NCBI GenBank assembly: GCA_002104945.1
Contig: MCFH01000045.1
Coordinates: 124,001 to 188,000, forward strand
From: Piromyces finnis finn
Taxonomy: Eukaryota > Fungi > Neocallimastigomycota
Length of the DNA: 64,000 nucleotides
Direction of reading: 5' to 3'
The position numbers were made by a program, and so were the translations under genes. Positions 18,673 through 32,300 of this stretch are shown here, in pieces (the stretch's first letter is position 1; every line of letters begins with the position of its first letter). Below the pieces are notes generated by a model. It was not told the DNA's origin, ran no database searches, and worked only from the letters and a program-made list of their open reading frames with translations.

Positions 18673-20043
18673 TTATGATTTATTTTCCTTTTCAACAATC
18701 ATGGGAATAAGTTCATTTGATAAATTAACTTCTGTAATCGTCCATGATTTTTCGAAATATTTTACAAATGCATCTTGAGAAAGCATAGCTATATTAAAGT
18801 TATTTAATGATAATTTGGTATTGGAAGATGATTGAAAATCATTTAATGTAGATTCTGTTGTTTCTTCTTTAGGATTACCATTACCAAGTTTAATGGCAAG
18901 ATTATAAAAGGAACTAATAGCCTTCATAAAGGATTCCTCTTGAATAAATTCATCTTCTGTGTCCAAAGTATTTTCATTTATGCTTGTATTTTCGATTTGC
19001 GTATCAGAATTTTCAAATGATTGTGATTTATTGTCGATAGAGAAAATGTGGAATAAAGTGTCCATTAAATCATTAATTTCATACTCATTTAAAAATCCGT
19101 CACCATCGGTATCATGGAGATCAAATAAAAATTCTAATTTAGTATTTATTGATTTCAACATAATGATTTCAAAAATACGAATCATACCAGCTAAATCAAT
19201 AGAACATGGTAAGTATCTATATTTATTTCCATCTTTAATTGTGAAACCTTTTTTATTATTTTTAAAGGCTTCATTATTTGTTATAGTATTTTTGTATGAT
19301 TGGTAGAAATAAATTCTATCAGATAAAGGTGAACTGTAATCATTATGTAAACTTTTAATTGATAAATTATTAAAATCTTTAATAATATTGTTTTTATCTT
19401 CTAATAAATTTATATTATGCTTGTCATATTCTTCCAATGAACTATAATTTTTTGGAATATATTCTTTTGATTTCCATGGTGATATCATGTTATAAATTGC
19501 TCTGAAATGCTTTAAATCAATAGATGTTGTTAATACTAAATCATCCAAATTATTATATTGATTGTTAGAGATTTTGTTGGTTTCGCTAATATTATCATTC
19601 ATTCCCCATCCTCCTAATTTAAAGAAGTAATTACATTGATCATCATCATTACTAAACCATCCTTTAATATAATTTTCGTAAATTATCTTTTTGACTTCAC
19701 TATTATTATTATTACTATTGTTATTATCATTATTTATATCAAAATATTCTAAATCTTGAAGTTTATCATAAATAATAGAAATCACATTTTCAGAAATGCT
19801 AACAGTTTCACTAATATTTCTAACTTGTGATTTTTTATTTGAATTTTCCATACCATGAACAACTTTTAATCTAAATTTTGATCTTAATCTCTCAATCAAT
19901 TCAGTGCTTACTGTGTTTGAATAAGAATAAGCAACTTCTAATAAATGATTATATAATTCATTACCGATAAGTGCTATATATATTAATTAATATAATTTTA
20001 TATATAATAAAAATTAGTATATAAAATATTAAGTTTTTTTTTT

Positions 20044-20079
<36 letters not shown>

Positions 20080-23000
20080 TAATGATTAGTTAAAAAAAAA
20101 AAAGAATTACGTTTACTACTATGTCCTGTACTTCCAGCTTCATCCAGCATTTCATCTTCATCTTCATCTTCTTTTTCTTCATAATAGGATGTATCGTTTT
20201 CATCAATTTCTAATCTATGGAAGAAAGATTTAATAATATTGATAAATCGTTCATCATCCTTTCCTTCTTCAATTAATAACTTTTCATTTAATTTGAAAAT
20301 AGCAAGACCAAGCCAAAAAATAAACTTTGGACCATCTAAAAAGAATGAGTCTAAAATTCTGATACCAACACGAATTGATACAGAGTTTAAGAATAAACAT
20401 ACAAACCATGGAACACTTACAGTAGACATATCCATATATAACTCATCCATATGTTTGTGAATTTCTGGTAAATATAATTCAACTAAATGAGTAAATACTT
20501 GTTGATCAATAACTGAACCCACAAGAGTTCTAGTATAATGATCCGGCAAAATTCTTTCAATTAAGTTACATAATAACCAGAAAGCATCATCTTCTTTTAA
20601 ATACAATAATAATGTGGCACCAATAATATTAAGGGCTTGTGCATATCCAATAGATTGGTTTCTCCAAGAATAAGCGGTTAAAATTCTTCTTAAAGCATTG
20701 ATACCTTCCTTAGTTTGGTAGGCTGGGTGTTCGGGTAAACTTCTGTAATACCCCCCAAAAATTAAATAATTTTTTTTTAATTAGTAATTATATTATGAAA
20801 TCATGATTTATATTTAATATTAGTTTTATATTTAACATATATTAATATTAATTTTACCTTCTGACATCTTTTTCTATTTCTAATGCATACGTTGATGTTT
20901 CACCGATATGATCTTTTAATAAACTAATGTAATAGTTTTTATCTGGCTTCATATACCATGAACCTGATGTAATCATCCTATTATATATATGTATTTATTT
21001 ATAATATGTTTAATTTTTTTTAAACTATTATTTTAATAGTATTATTATTAGATATATATAGTTACCATATATCTCCTCTATAAATATCAGGAATTCCATT
21101 ACATTTTAATAAAAGTTTTCTCATAAAATTAATATCTCTTATCATACACATATCATTTCCATTAACTTTTAAATATTCTTTCCAAAATTGTTCTGAACTT
21201 ATCTTTTCTTTTTGACGTAAATCATTTTTAATCATATTCATCTTTTCTTTATCAATCTCAATATTTATTGATGGTGATATCACCTTAGAATCACTGATAC
21301 TTGAATAATATTATCAAATTAAAATATTATTTAAGATCAAATTAATCATCATCACCTATATTAATAGTATTAAATTTAATATGTATCTATATAAATATTA
21401 TACCTCATTGTCCGAGCAATGGCAGCTGTTCTATATGTACCATCGTTTTCATATATAAACTTTAAACCAACTGGGGCTAAAGAAGAACTGATACTATCAC
21501 TTTCTTTTATATCTTGTTCCTTTATACTAATTTCTTCATTTGGGTTATAGATATTATAATTATTTAATAAACTAGTTAAAGACTGTATTGTACTTGGTGT
21601 GTCGTTACTTTCACTAATTTCAATGCTGCTAGTATCTTTAATAAAATGTTTATTTTGTTCAATTTCTCTAAAAGTCTTTCCAACATTAGTATTATCAAAT
21701 TCCCAATCGACATTTTTTAATCTTTCCATAATGATATTGTAAATTTCATCTTTAACTTTAACATTATTAAAAGAAAACCAAAATTCATATTTTGATCGAT
21801 TTACAATATGAAGGTATCCAGAATATGCAATATTTAATATACCATTTGGTGACATATTACGTGATAGTTTTTTGGTTGATGTAATTTGATTGAATGCCAG
21901 TACCACAAGTATAGTTGGTTTATAATTATCATTTTTGTTATCATTATTATTAAAACATAAATAATTTTTAGTAATATAAAGGGTACCATTAACATAATCG
22001 TCAATTTGCTTATGATAAAAAGTACAGGAATTTAATAAATAGTGAATGGATTCTGAAGGAGGTAAGTGAAATAAATTTAAGAATTCAAAATTTCTTTTAT
22101 AGTTATCTAAATCATTTACTGTAGTTAAAAGAGATTCCAAATGTATTGGAAAGCGATTTGGTACAACAATTCTTTTCATATTTTGATATTTTCTAGCACT
22201 CTCTTCGGTGAAACTAGCACTTGAATTACTCTCGATATTTTCTAACTTTAACGAAGGATCACTTTCGCTTAGATTTTTTGACAATTCTTTATTACTGTTT
22301 TCGTTATTATTTTTTAAATTACTGCTATTATTGTAATGATTTATTCCTAATGAAGTCATATATAAATCTAAATCACTTCTCATTTTTACTTTATCATTAG
22401 CAATTGTTGAAGAGAACAATTCAGCACCTTTTACTAATTTTCTCATCGCAACATCACACAATGCCGTAATGATTTGTAATACATTATCAATATCTCTAAT
22501 CATAGTAAATGTATATTTCTAATATATGTTAAGTAATATATAAATAATAATAAAAAGTTATAAAATCGACATTTTGTATTAACTACTGGAATTTCATTTA
22601 TTAATATATATAAATATATATTAATATAAATATATTGTATTACCATTTCATTCATTGTTGTGACTTCAATACAATCTTCTGATAATAATTTTCTCCTTAT
22701 TACCTTTCTATCAATTGAATATATATCTTTATATGCTATTAGTAACATGTTCCATTTTTCCGGTGAATTTTTTAGATTAGGTGATAATGTAATATAGTTA
22801 TGGAAACACAAATAATTCTTTGTTATAAACATATGGCCGTTAACAAAACTATTACATTCATTAGTGGATAATAAACAGGAGTAGACTTTATATAATAGTA
22901 TATATATATAAAATTATAATATTAACTATATTTTTCTTTATAAATTATATATATATATATTTTTAATAAACATTGGCTACTATTTAAATTTTTTAATATT

Positions 23001-23351
23001 ACAATTTAACAGTAGTTCATCCTTTAATTTTTTGTCGAATATTTTAATGGTATTTTTCATTTCTTCCATTTGGGTTTTTTCTTGTGAAATTAATAAATTT
23101 TCTTTTAAACAATATAATTAAATTTTTTAATTTATATTGAATATATTAATAATTAATAAATTTAAATATATATTTACCTGAATTTCTTGAAATTTCATTA
23201 AATTGGTGTAATAAATAAAATTCAATTTCGTTATCATTTTCTTTAACATCGATATTCATTATATTATTGTTTATCTAATTATAATTATATAAATTTTCAA
23301 TATTTTATGTTTTAACATTAACATATTATTATTATTATTTTTTTAAAAAAA

Positions 23352-23387
<36 letters not shown>

Positions 23388-23712
23388 AAAAAAAAATTAA
23401 TTTATATACTTTATATAAAAAGGATTGTTCAATTTTATTCCAATCATTATGAATTTTTTCAAAAGAATCATCAACTGCGACAACATATCTTTCCTTAGTT
23501 TCAGAGTGGAAATTTAAAACAATTCTAAAATCATAATAATATATAGTTTTCTTCTCTTCATTTTTATCCTGACGAATTGAACTGAATAAATTTGAAATTA
23601 CTCCCTTTGCTGGTTTATCCTTTGACTCTAGAGTTAAGTATAAATTTGCAGCTCTTTGTATCCATTTTGAATTATCCGTTAACAATAATATATTTATTGG
23701 TTTTATGAACAT
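18673..23712 (-). CDS. TBC1D9: Rab GTPase-activating protein, TBC1D8/TBC1D9/yeast Mdr1(Gyp2)-like (GRAM-GRAM-TBC-EF-hand), multi-exon
   Basis: The N-terminus MFIKPINILLLTDNSKWIQRAANLYLTL resembles the TBC1D9 start. Two GRAM-like motifs: GHMFITKNYLCF and GTLYITKNYLCF. TBC domain: GIPDIYRGDIW, EIEKDVRRSLPEHPAYQ (Arg finger), AYSWRNQSIGYAQALN (Gln finger), EDDAFWLLCNLIERILPDHY. EF-hand: FDLHDTDGDGFL. Confidence 0.92.
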
Positions 23713-24353
23713 TGTGTTATGTTGTTTATAATATATATTTATTTTACTGTTTTTATAATTTTATTTAATATTTTGTATTATTAATTAACTATATATCTAT
23801 ATAATATATATACTATAAAAACATAAATTTTATTTATTAAATTTCTTTTTTTTATTTTTCTTTTTCTTTTCTTTTTTTTGAATACTACTTATTCTTTGTT
23901 AATTCGACATAAATTTATTTATTTTGTAATATTCATTGAAAGTATAAATAGAAAGTATTTAAATATCTTTTAAATAAATTATATATTATATATTTTTTTT
24001 ATTATAATGTTATTTCTTATATACTACTATTAAAACATTTGGTTAAATCCTTTATACATATTTTATAGTTCTTAAAAGGATTTTTTATTTATTTTTTAAA
24101 ATTATTTTTGAAAAGTTTATTATTTAATATTTATTTTATTTTTCTTTTTTTATAAATCTTAATTATTAGTTTATTTATTAATTAATTAATTAAATAATTT
24201 AATTAATATCAAAATCTTTATTATTTAATTTTTGTTGGTTAGACTTTTTTTTTATTGTATGTGGGATTGAAACTTTAAACTGAATGCAATATTTTTTTAT
24301 AAAAGTATTATATTATATGTAATTGTGGCTTATCTATAAATAAGGAAATTTTG

Positions 24354-24396
24354 TTTTTTGTAAACATATTATTCCACAAAATATGTTTACAAAAAA
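24354..24396. repeat. Inverted repeat: 17-bp perfect stem with a 9-nt loop
   Basis: TTTTTTGTAAACATATT-attccacaa-AATATGTTTACAAAAAA. Confidence 0.85.
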
Positions 24397-25527
24397 TTTA
24401 ATAATACAATTTATACAATTTATACAATTTTTAGCATAGTAAATAGTTCATTATAAATCCATTTATTTTAATACTTTTAGTTTGCTTATTTTTTCTCTTA
24501 TTATTAATAAATAATTTATTATATTTTCTAATAGAAAAAATTGAATTTTTTTTTTTTAATTTAGTATATTATTAAATTATCTTTTTCTTTAAGGAATATG
24601 TATAAGTTTTCTGAAACATTAAACCATATTGAGATATGTTTATATTAATAATTGATAATATTAATGTTCTTTTTTTTCATTGTTTTTAGTATGTGTGTAA
24701 ATAAATTATCTTCTTATGAAAATAAAAGAATAATAAAAAGAAATAAAAAAGTGAATCTTTATGCAATTAAATACACTTTTGATTAGAAACTTTTTTTAAA
24801 AAAAATTTTTTATTCAAAATAATTACTTAATTAATATAGACATATATTTGTGGCTTGCTAATAAATTTAATGATACACCATAAACAATAAAATTGGAAGT
24901 AATTAATTTAATTTTAATCTATTTTTTTTTTGGTTATTAATAGAAAGGTATGTGAAATTGAAAAATTTAATTTAAATAATGAAAAAATGGAAATAATAAA
25001 AGACATTATATATAAATATCATACATGATGTAAATACTGTAAATACTATTTTGATATTAAAAAATAGATTAATAAAATATAAAATTAACAATTGTAATTT
25101 TAATAAATGAAAAAATAAATATATATATTTTTTATTAAACTTATATAAAAGTAATACATTTATTAAACTGAAATTACTGCGGCTTTTGACGATAGATTTG
25201 ACCTACAATTTCTTATTTTTCAAAAGATATCAATTGTTCTTGCTCCTAACTACAAATTTATAGAATGCTAATTTAAATAAACATAATATAAAAATTAAAT
25301 ATAAAAATAAAAATTTACATAATTGTCCAAAATCAATTTATATATATATATATATATTATTGACTTTCTAAATATAATTTGTTAAAATATATGTTATTTT
25401 ATTTTTATTTTTTTAATATCTATTTTTTAAAAAACTATTATTTACACTTATAATGGCAGAGATAAAAATTATGATAAAATCGTCATTATATAATTATTTA
25501 ACAAAAATTATAAGCTATTATATAAAG

Positions 25528-25746
25528 CTAGTTTTCAAGATCAACAGTGTTCTTGTTACGATTACTTAAAATTAATTTTTCTAATTTATGGAATTCCTTG
25601 GCTTTTTGATCTCTTTCTTGAATAAGATCGAGTTCATTGAAAATTAATGATTGCAAATAAACAATTTCTTTCATTTCTTCATAGGATTCAAGTTTTTTAA
25701 ATCCTATAAAAAATTTATTTAAAATTATAATTTGGAAAAAAATTAA

Positions 25747-25789
<43 letters not shown>

Positions 25790-27115
25790 ATACAAATATA
25801 TAAAAATAATACCTTGTAGTGACTTTTCTAATAATAATACTATATCGGATAGTTTCTTTTTCTTTTTTTCTATTAAAAATAATGTATACATATATATAAT
25901 TAAAAATAGTTAATTCTGTTTTTTATGCTCATTATTGACATTAACAATTCATTTTCTTTTATTATTATTACCTTTTTTTTCATCATCAATATTACTCATT
26001 GATAATCCGAAAGATAATTTCGTCATTAAACATTTAGCTGCAATTAACAAACATAAGCTTTGAAGCCATAAATTCTCATTAGTTAATGTACATGGAAGAA
26101 TAAAATCCATAATTTCTAAAGCTTTATTATACATATTGATATCTAATAAAACTTGAGCAATTCTTGCAGCTGAATATATATAAAGATTATGGAAATGAAA
26201 ACTTTCACTTAATGAAAGACATGCTAATAAATTATAAAGGGCGGAAACATTGGATGATGAATTCTAGATTAAATAGATTAGATAGGATGATTTTGTTTAT
26301 CATAAAATATATTTAATATAATATTTAATAATTTTTATTTATTTATTTTATATTTTTTACGTATATATTACCATTAAAATTTCAGCGATGTAAAGTAAGC
26401 AATTAAATTTTTTTATATTATTGAAATATTTATAATGTTTATCAATAATATTACTTATACAATCATACGCCTTTTATTTGTAGTTGTTAATAATTAACAA
26501 TAAAAAAAATTATAAAATTCTTAATATTATGAAAAAATATGTAGGGGTGCTTATAAATAAATTAATAATTTACCATATGTTTTTGTTGACTATTATATAA
26601 GAAGAATCCTTTTCGAATAAAAGAATCAATTTCATCTTCGTTATTTTCATTATTATCCAATGCAATTAAAATGGAATGAATAATTCTTGCATTTAAGAAT
26701 TCTCGTTTATATATCGATCTCCTAAATTGAAATTCCATTTTACTTTTATACCATTTTTCACATTGATTTGAATTTTTAGAATGTTTAATAGCATTATTCA
26801 ATAATGAATATGCAAATCGATAGTTTCCATTAATAAAATGCTATTATTTTGGAAAATTAAAAAGTATAGTAAAAGAAAAAAAATATAAATAACGATATAA
26901 TCTATTTAATATTAAATGTAAAAATAAAACTATTCTTAATTATATAATTACCTGATTTACTAATTTACTTATACCCAGGTGTCGATCTTTTTGATGGATT
27001 TCATCATTATAATAATTTAACTGTAATTGAATAGCCAAATTAGCTAAAATATTATTTCCTAAAGAAAATTTTATTTTAATTTTTATGTTTATTTATTTAC
27101 TTATTTGCTATAAAT

Positions 27116-27162
<47 letters not shown>

Positions 27163-30067
27163 AAAATGAATATATTATTTCATTAATAAATTTAATAAAT
27201 TTAAAATTTTACCATATACACTCCACATAGATGATTTTAAGTGTAGACATGAACTAAACATATTATTTAAGGAATTTGATTTTGACATATATTCACTTTG
27301 GAGAAATGATTTAAAAATAGTGGTTGGTGAAATACCCTATTTAAAAAAATAATAAATTAATTTAAAGAATAAAAAATAAAAGAAAATATATAATTAAAAT
27401 AAATATTACTTCATTAATTCCATATTTAATTTTTCTTAATTCATCTATGCATTTCAACTGTAAAAGGCTATTATTTGTTATTTCATACGAATTCATAATT
27501 CTTTTTTTAGAATATTTCATTATTTGCTTGTTTTTGGGTTTAAGTTTATTACTTGAAACTAAATTATTTAGCCAACTTTTATATATATAGATTAAAAACA
27601 ATAATATTTTTATTATTATTAATGCTAATTTATTTTAACATTTAATATCTGTAATATAATGTAAAAAGTAAAAATATATGTATACCATAATGAATAACTT
27701 AAACATTCATAATCTTTATTAATTTTTGACATATAAACAGCTTCTTCTAAACACTATTAATTGTTAGGGGAAAAAAAAAATTAAAATACATGTACTTTTA
27801 TATGTATTAAATAAATTAACTTACTATTTTTTCCATATCAATTTCGTTAAAAAAGGAATGAAACATGGCTAAATTAATTAAACCGTATTGATATAAAGTT
27901 CTTTAAGATAGAATTTAATTATACATTTAGTATAAGATCCGTAATTAATTTATTTTTTTTTTTTTTTTTTTTTTTTATTTTACTATAGTATAAAGTAATA
28001 AAATACCACTTTAAAAATAGGAATATAAATATTAGGAATAAGTGGACTTACTTGTCTTTATTATAATTCAACATTCCACTATAATCAAAAAAACGGTATA
28101 ATTGTTCTAAAGTATTTTCTCTTTCCTTTGCATATAAACAGTTTAAAAAGCTTTTGTTTAAAGAAAAAATGGTTTAGAGTTAGATAAAAAAAAAAAAAAA
28201 AGCAACGAAAAAATATTTATAAAATAAAATTCACAAGTAATGATAAGTTTACCTTAAATAATGAACATTTGCAATAGATGGTAAATACATATGTATTTGA
28301 ATTAATTTTTGCTGTAATTCATTTGAAGGAATTTCACCACTACACTCTATATATTTTTAAATATTTATTATTAAGTCATTACTATTATTCTTTTTTTATC
28401 TTTTTCTTTTTCAAATTAAATATAGTAAACTAATAGAATTAACAAAATTATATATTTACTGTCTAATAAATCAATTTGTCGATTAATAAAATTTTGAATA
28501 TCGTTCAGTGGTAAAACCTCTATGGAATATATAATAGTTTATTATAATATAAACATCAAATATTATTTATTAATATTTCTTATTTATATAGAATTAAATA
28601 CTATCATACTATCACATATAGTATATTGAAATTTCTTTTATAAATTGTATAAATCTGTATAAAAAAAATTACCAATATTTTCATTGGCTATATTCAAATT
28701 TATTTGATCATCATTCATCTTTTGTCGCTTATTTTTATGTTCAGGAATATTACTATCAAATTTTTGAATATAATACAACAGACTACGAAATAAGTTACTA
28801 ATATCATCAAAAGCCATTTGATTAATTTCTAAACAACTTTTTCGAATAAAAACCCCAATGATACTAGTTTTATCCTATTAATTTTTATGGATTAATTTGA
28901 TTTTATTTAATATAAAAAATTAATATTATATATAAATGAATTTTAAAAAAAAAAAAAAAAAAAAAAAGAAAACTTACCACATATAATTGTTGCTCAACCT
29001 ACATATTAGATAATATAATAATAACATTGTTATTATTATTATTATTAAAAATATTATAAAAATTAATATTTATAAATTTTATATTTATTTATTTTTCATA
29101 AATGAAATAAAAGCTGAAATATATATATCATCGATTCAATTTTAATTTAAAACATGAAAACTTACAGAAACATCAATTAGAGCATTTTTATCCACGACCA
29201 ATTGTTTAATTTCTTTAAAAATAATGACGAAATTGAATTAAATTTCAATTTCATTTTAGAGAAATCAGTAAACTTTCCATTTATTATGATAATTTACAAG
29301 CATTATTATATAATTATAAATACCAGAAAAGAAATTTAAAAGGGTATCTGGGCTTTGAATATTACTTAACTATTATTATAAATGGATGAAAATAAAATTA
29401 TATTGAATGATTAAAATGAAATTTCATGAAATCTTAATTTCATAACCAATTTTATCTTTTTATTACAATGATTATAACTATTATTATTTATTAATAGCAA
29501 TAATAACTTTATTGAAATGCATATATATTTACCTTTTTATAAATTGTACTTTTAACAAGTTCAATTTTTTCGTATTCAAGATTTAAATTATTAATTTTTT
29601 GAAATAATGAAATTAGCTCATTTTTTTGAAATTTATTAAGATTCTATTAATAAATATTATTATTAAGATTCATTTGAATAAAAGAAAAAAAAAAATTAAA
29701 TTTTGATAAATTAATCTTTTTAAATAACATTTAATTATCATATTAATAAATTTACATTTAATTCGTCTATGAGAAAAAGTAAAATTGGACTGAGTATATC
29801 CTTATACTTTTCATGGAAAAATTCCTTTATTAGAATTAATAAAGATATTTTGTGTGGTGTTACATATCTTGTAACAACTTTCTTTGTTACACTTTCCTTG
29901 ACACTTTTTTCAATATTATAAGTATTATTGATGTTATTATTGTATGTTTGAGATATTTGATTAGAAGAATATGGAGAAGTAATGGAATCAGGAAGGGATG
30001 GTGATGGTGAAAATGATGTAAATTGAATATACGGTTGACCTTGAGGGGTTACATTATCGAAAGACAT
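25528..30067 (-). CDS. APC5: Anaphase-promoting complex subunit 5 (multi-exon)
   Basis: The first exon contains VTPHKISLLILI, the APC5 N-terminal motif. The manually translated last exon, GFKKLESYEEMKEIVYLQSLIFNELDLIQERDQKAKEFHKL..., matches the APC5 C-terminal helix pattern (IRDVVYFQARLYHTLGKTQERN). Stop at 25528-25530. Many short helical exons lie between. Confidence 0.85.
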
Positions 30068-32300
30068 TGTTATTACAAATTAAATATATATGATATACTG
30101 ATATACCTTTTATGAATATAATACTTAAATATGATGATTTTTATTATCTAACACTTTAATTTCATTTGAAATCTTGAAAATTAAAAATTAAAATTCATTA
30201 AATATTTAATTATATTTCAATATATTAAATAAATTAATATTTTTTAAACTTTAAAAAATATATTTTAAGGTTTGTCCATCCCATAGTAATTATTATTATT
30301 TTATTATTTCTAGTATTACTAACTTTATTATAAAAAATATTTCTGCTGTTGCTACCAGGAAAATTCTTTTTAATCATTTATATAAAGCTATTAAGATGTT
30401 TATTATGATTACTGCTAAATATTAAGTATTTATAATACTTTTTTTTTTTTTTTTAGACTTTGGTAATATAATTTTATTTATTATTTTCATTAAACTAATA
30501 TTTGAATCCTTGGATATTATTAAAATATATGGATTCACTTAAATTATAGTATCTTATGTATGTTCATTTCATTTCATGTTTTAAAAAACTAGCTGAATTT
30601 ACTGTCTTATTTATTCTTTATATTTGAATCATTATAATTAATATTTTAACATATAAATTATAAGGAAATAAAAAAAAAATAATGACAAAACAAAAATGAA
30701 TAAAATAGATACAGTATAATTTAGTAAATTTCATTAAATGATAAAATCCTTTTCATCATTATTGGTCCTATTATTTTTATTTTATTATTATTTTTTTAAA
30801 AAAAAGATATGAAAATATTTATATATTTTTAATTAAATCTATTATGAGTTAAATATATATATATATATATTGCATTCTAATAAATTTAATTATAATAAAG
30901 AAAAGGGACTATTTAAATATTATAATTATATTTGATTTCCATTGTAACTTATATCAAAATTCACAGGAGAGGAAATTATAATCAGCATCAATAATTCTGA
31001 TCTTACTGGTCTATCATTTTTTCTTTACTATTGATATAAAAAAAAAAAAAAAGAACCTGGATAAAATACAGTTTAATTTAGTACTACATAATTTTTTTTC
31101 CCCATTCCACTATTATCTTTTCTCTAAAAAGAATTTTTATTCATACTATAATAGTTATTCACATTAATATTTATTGAATTATTAATCATTGACTAAACAA
31201 TTCCTTAATAAAAATAAAAAAAGAGTTATTTAAAATCAAAATTAGTATCATAATATAGGTTATATTTAATAATAACAACAAACTTTAAAAATTTTTATAT
31301 TTATTCATTAAAATTTTAATAATTTGATATATTATAAATAAAAAAATATGTATATTTAAATTCATTTTTTTTTTATTTATTCTTTAATAGCATCAACTTT
31401 ATTATTAATTTAATTGAAATTATAATACATGTTATTAAAAATAAAAATAAGAATAAAAAAATAGGTTTAAATAAACACAAATGAATAAAAATTGGGTATA
31501 ATGTATTCTGGTAATTTTAATTAAAGTAAGAAATCCACTATTATACTAGGTATAATAATTGTATTTGATTTCTAATGGGACACCGAGCCAAAGATCAACA
31601 ATTTTATCATGGCTCCTGGCCTGTCTTACTGTTTCTTTGGCATTGACTTTTGATTATGGTATGAAATTTCTTTATATTTACTTTTATACTACATTTAAAA
31701 TATAACTTAAAATGATTATTTTTTTAATATCACATTCACCAAGCATAGGGAGTGAGTAACAAAGATTACTACACCTATTAAAAATTACACAATAATTTAT
31801 GTCCTAACCTTCTTTAAAATATTTTTAACCCCCTTAAAATGGAATAACCATTCTCAACCACTAATGTATCATACAAATTAATAATTACTTTATCATCAAC
31901 CAATAATTTTTCATTAAAAACACAATTTTTACACACCATACATTATATTTTTTTTAATTATTTTTTTATTATTTTATTTTATTTTAATAATTTATAAAAA
32001 AAATTTAGCGTATAATTAATTTATGTATTGTAAATATGTATTTTCAAATTGTTAATAGATAGGTTTTTTTATTAATAATTGAATGATCTATACTATTAAT
32101 AAATCAATATATGGATTTATTAATATAAATTTTTTTATGACATTATGTATTTGGTATTTTGGAATAGGAAATTAATATTTTTTTGTTATGTTATTACTTG
32201 TATATTTACATATATTTTATATTATGCATTTTAAAATTTTATCAAAAAAGATTTACTTTTTTTGTATGTTAAAAGAAAACGAATTTAAAAATTAATGTGC

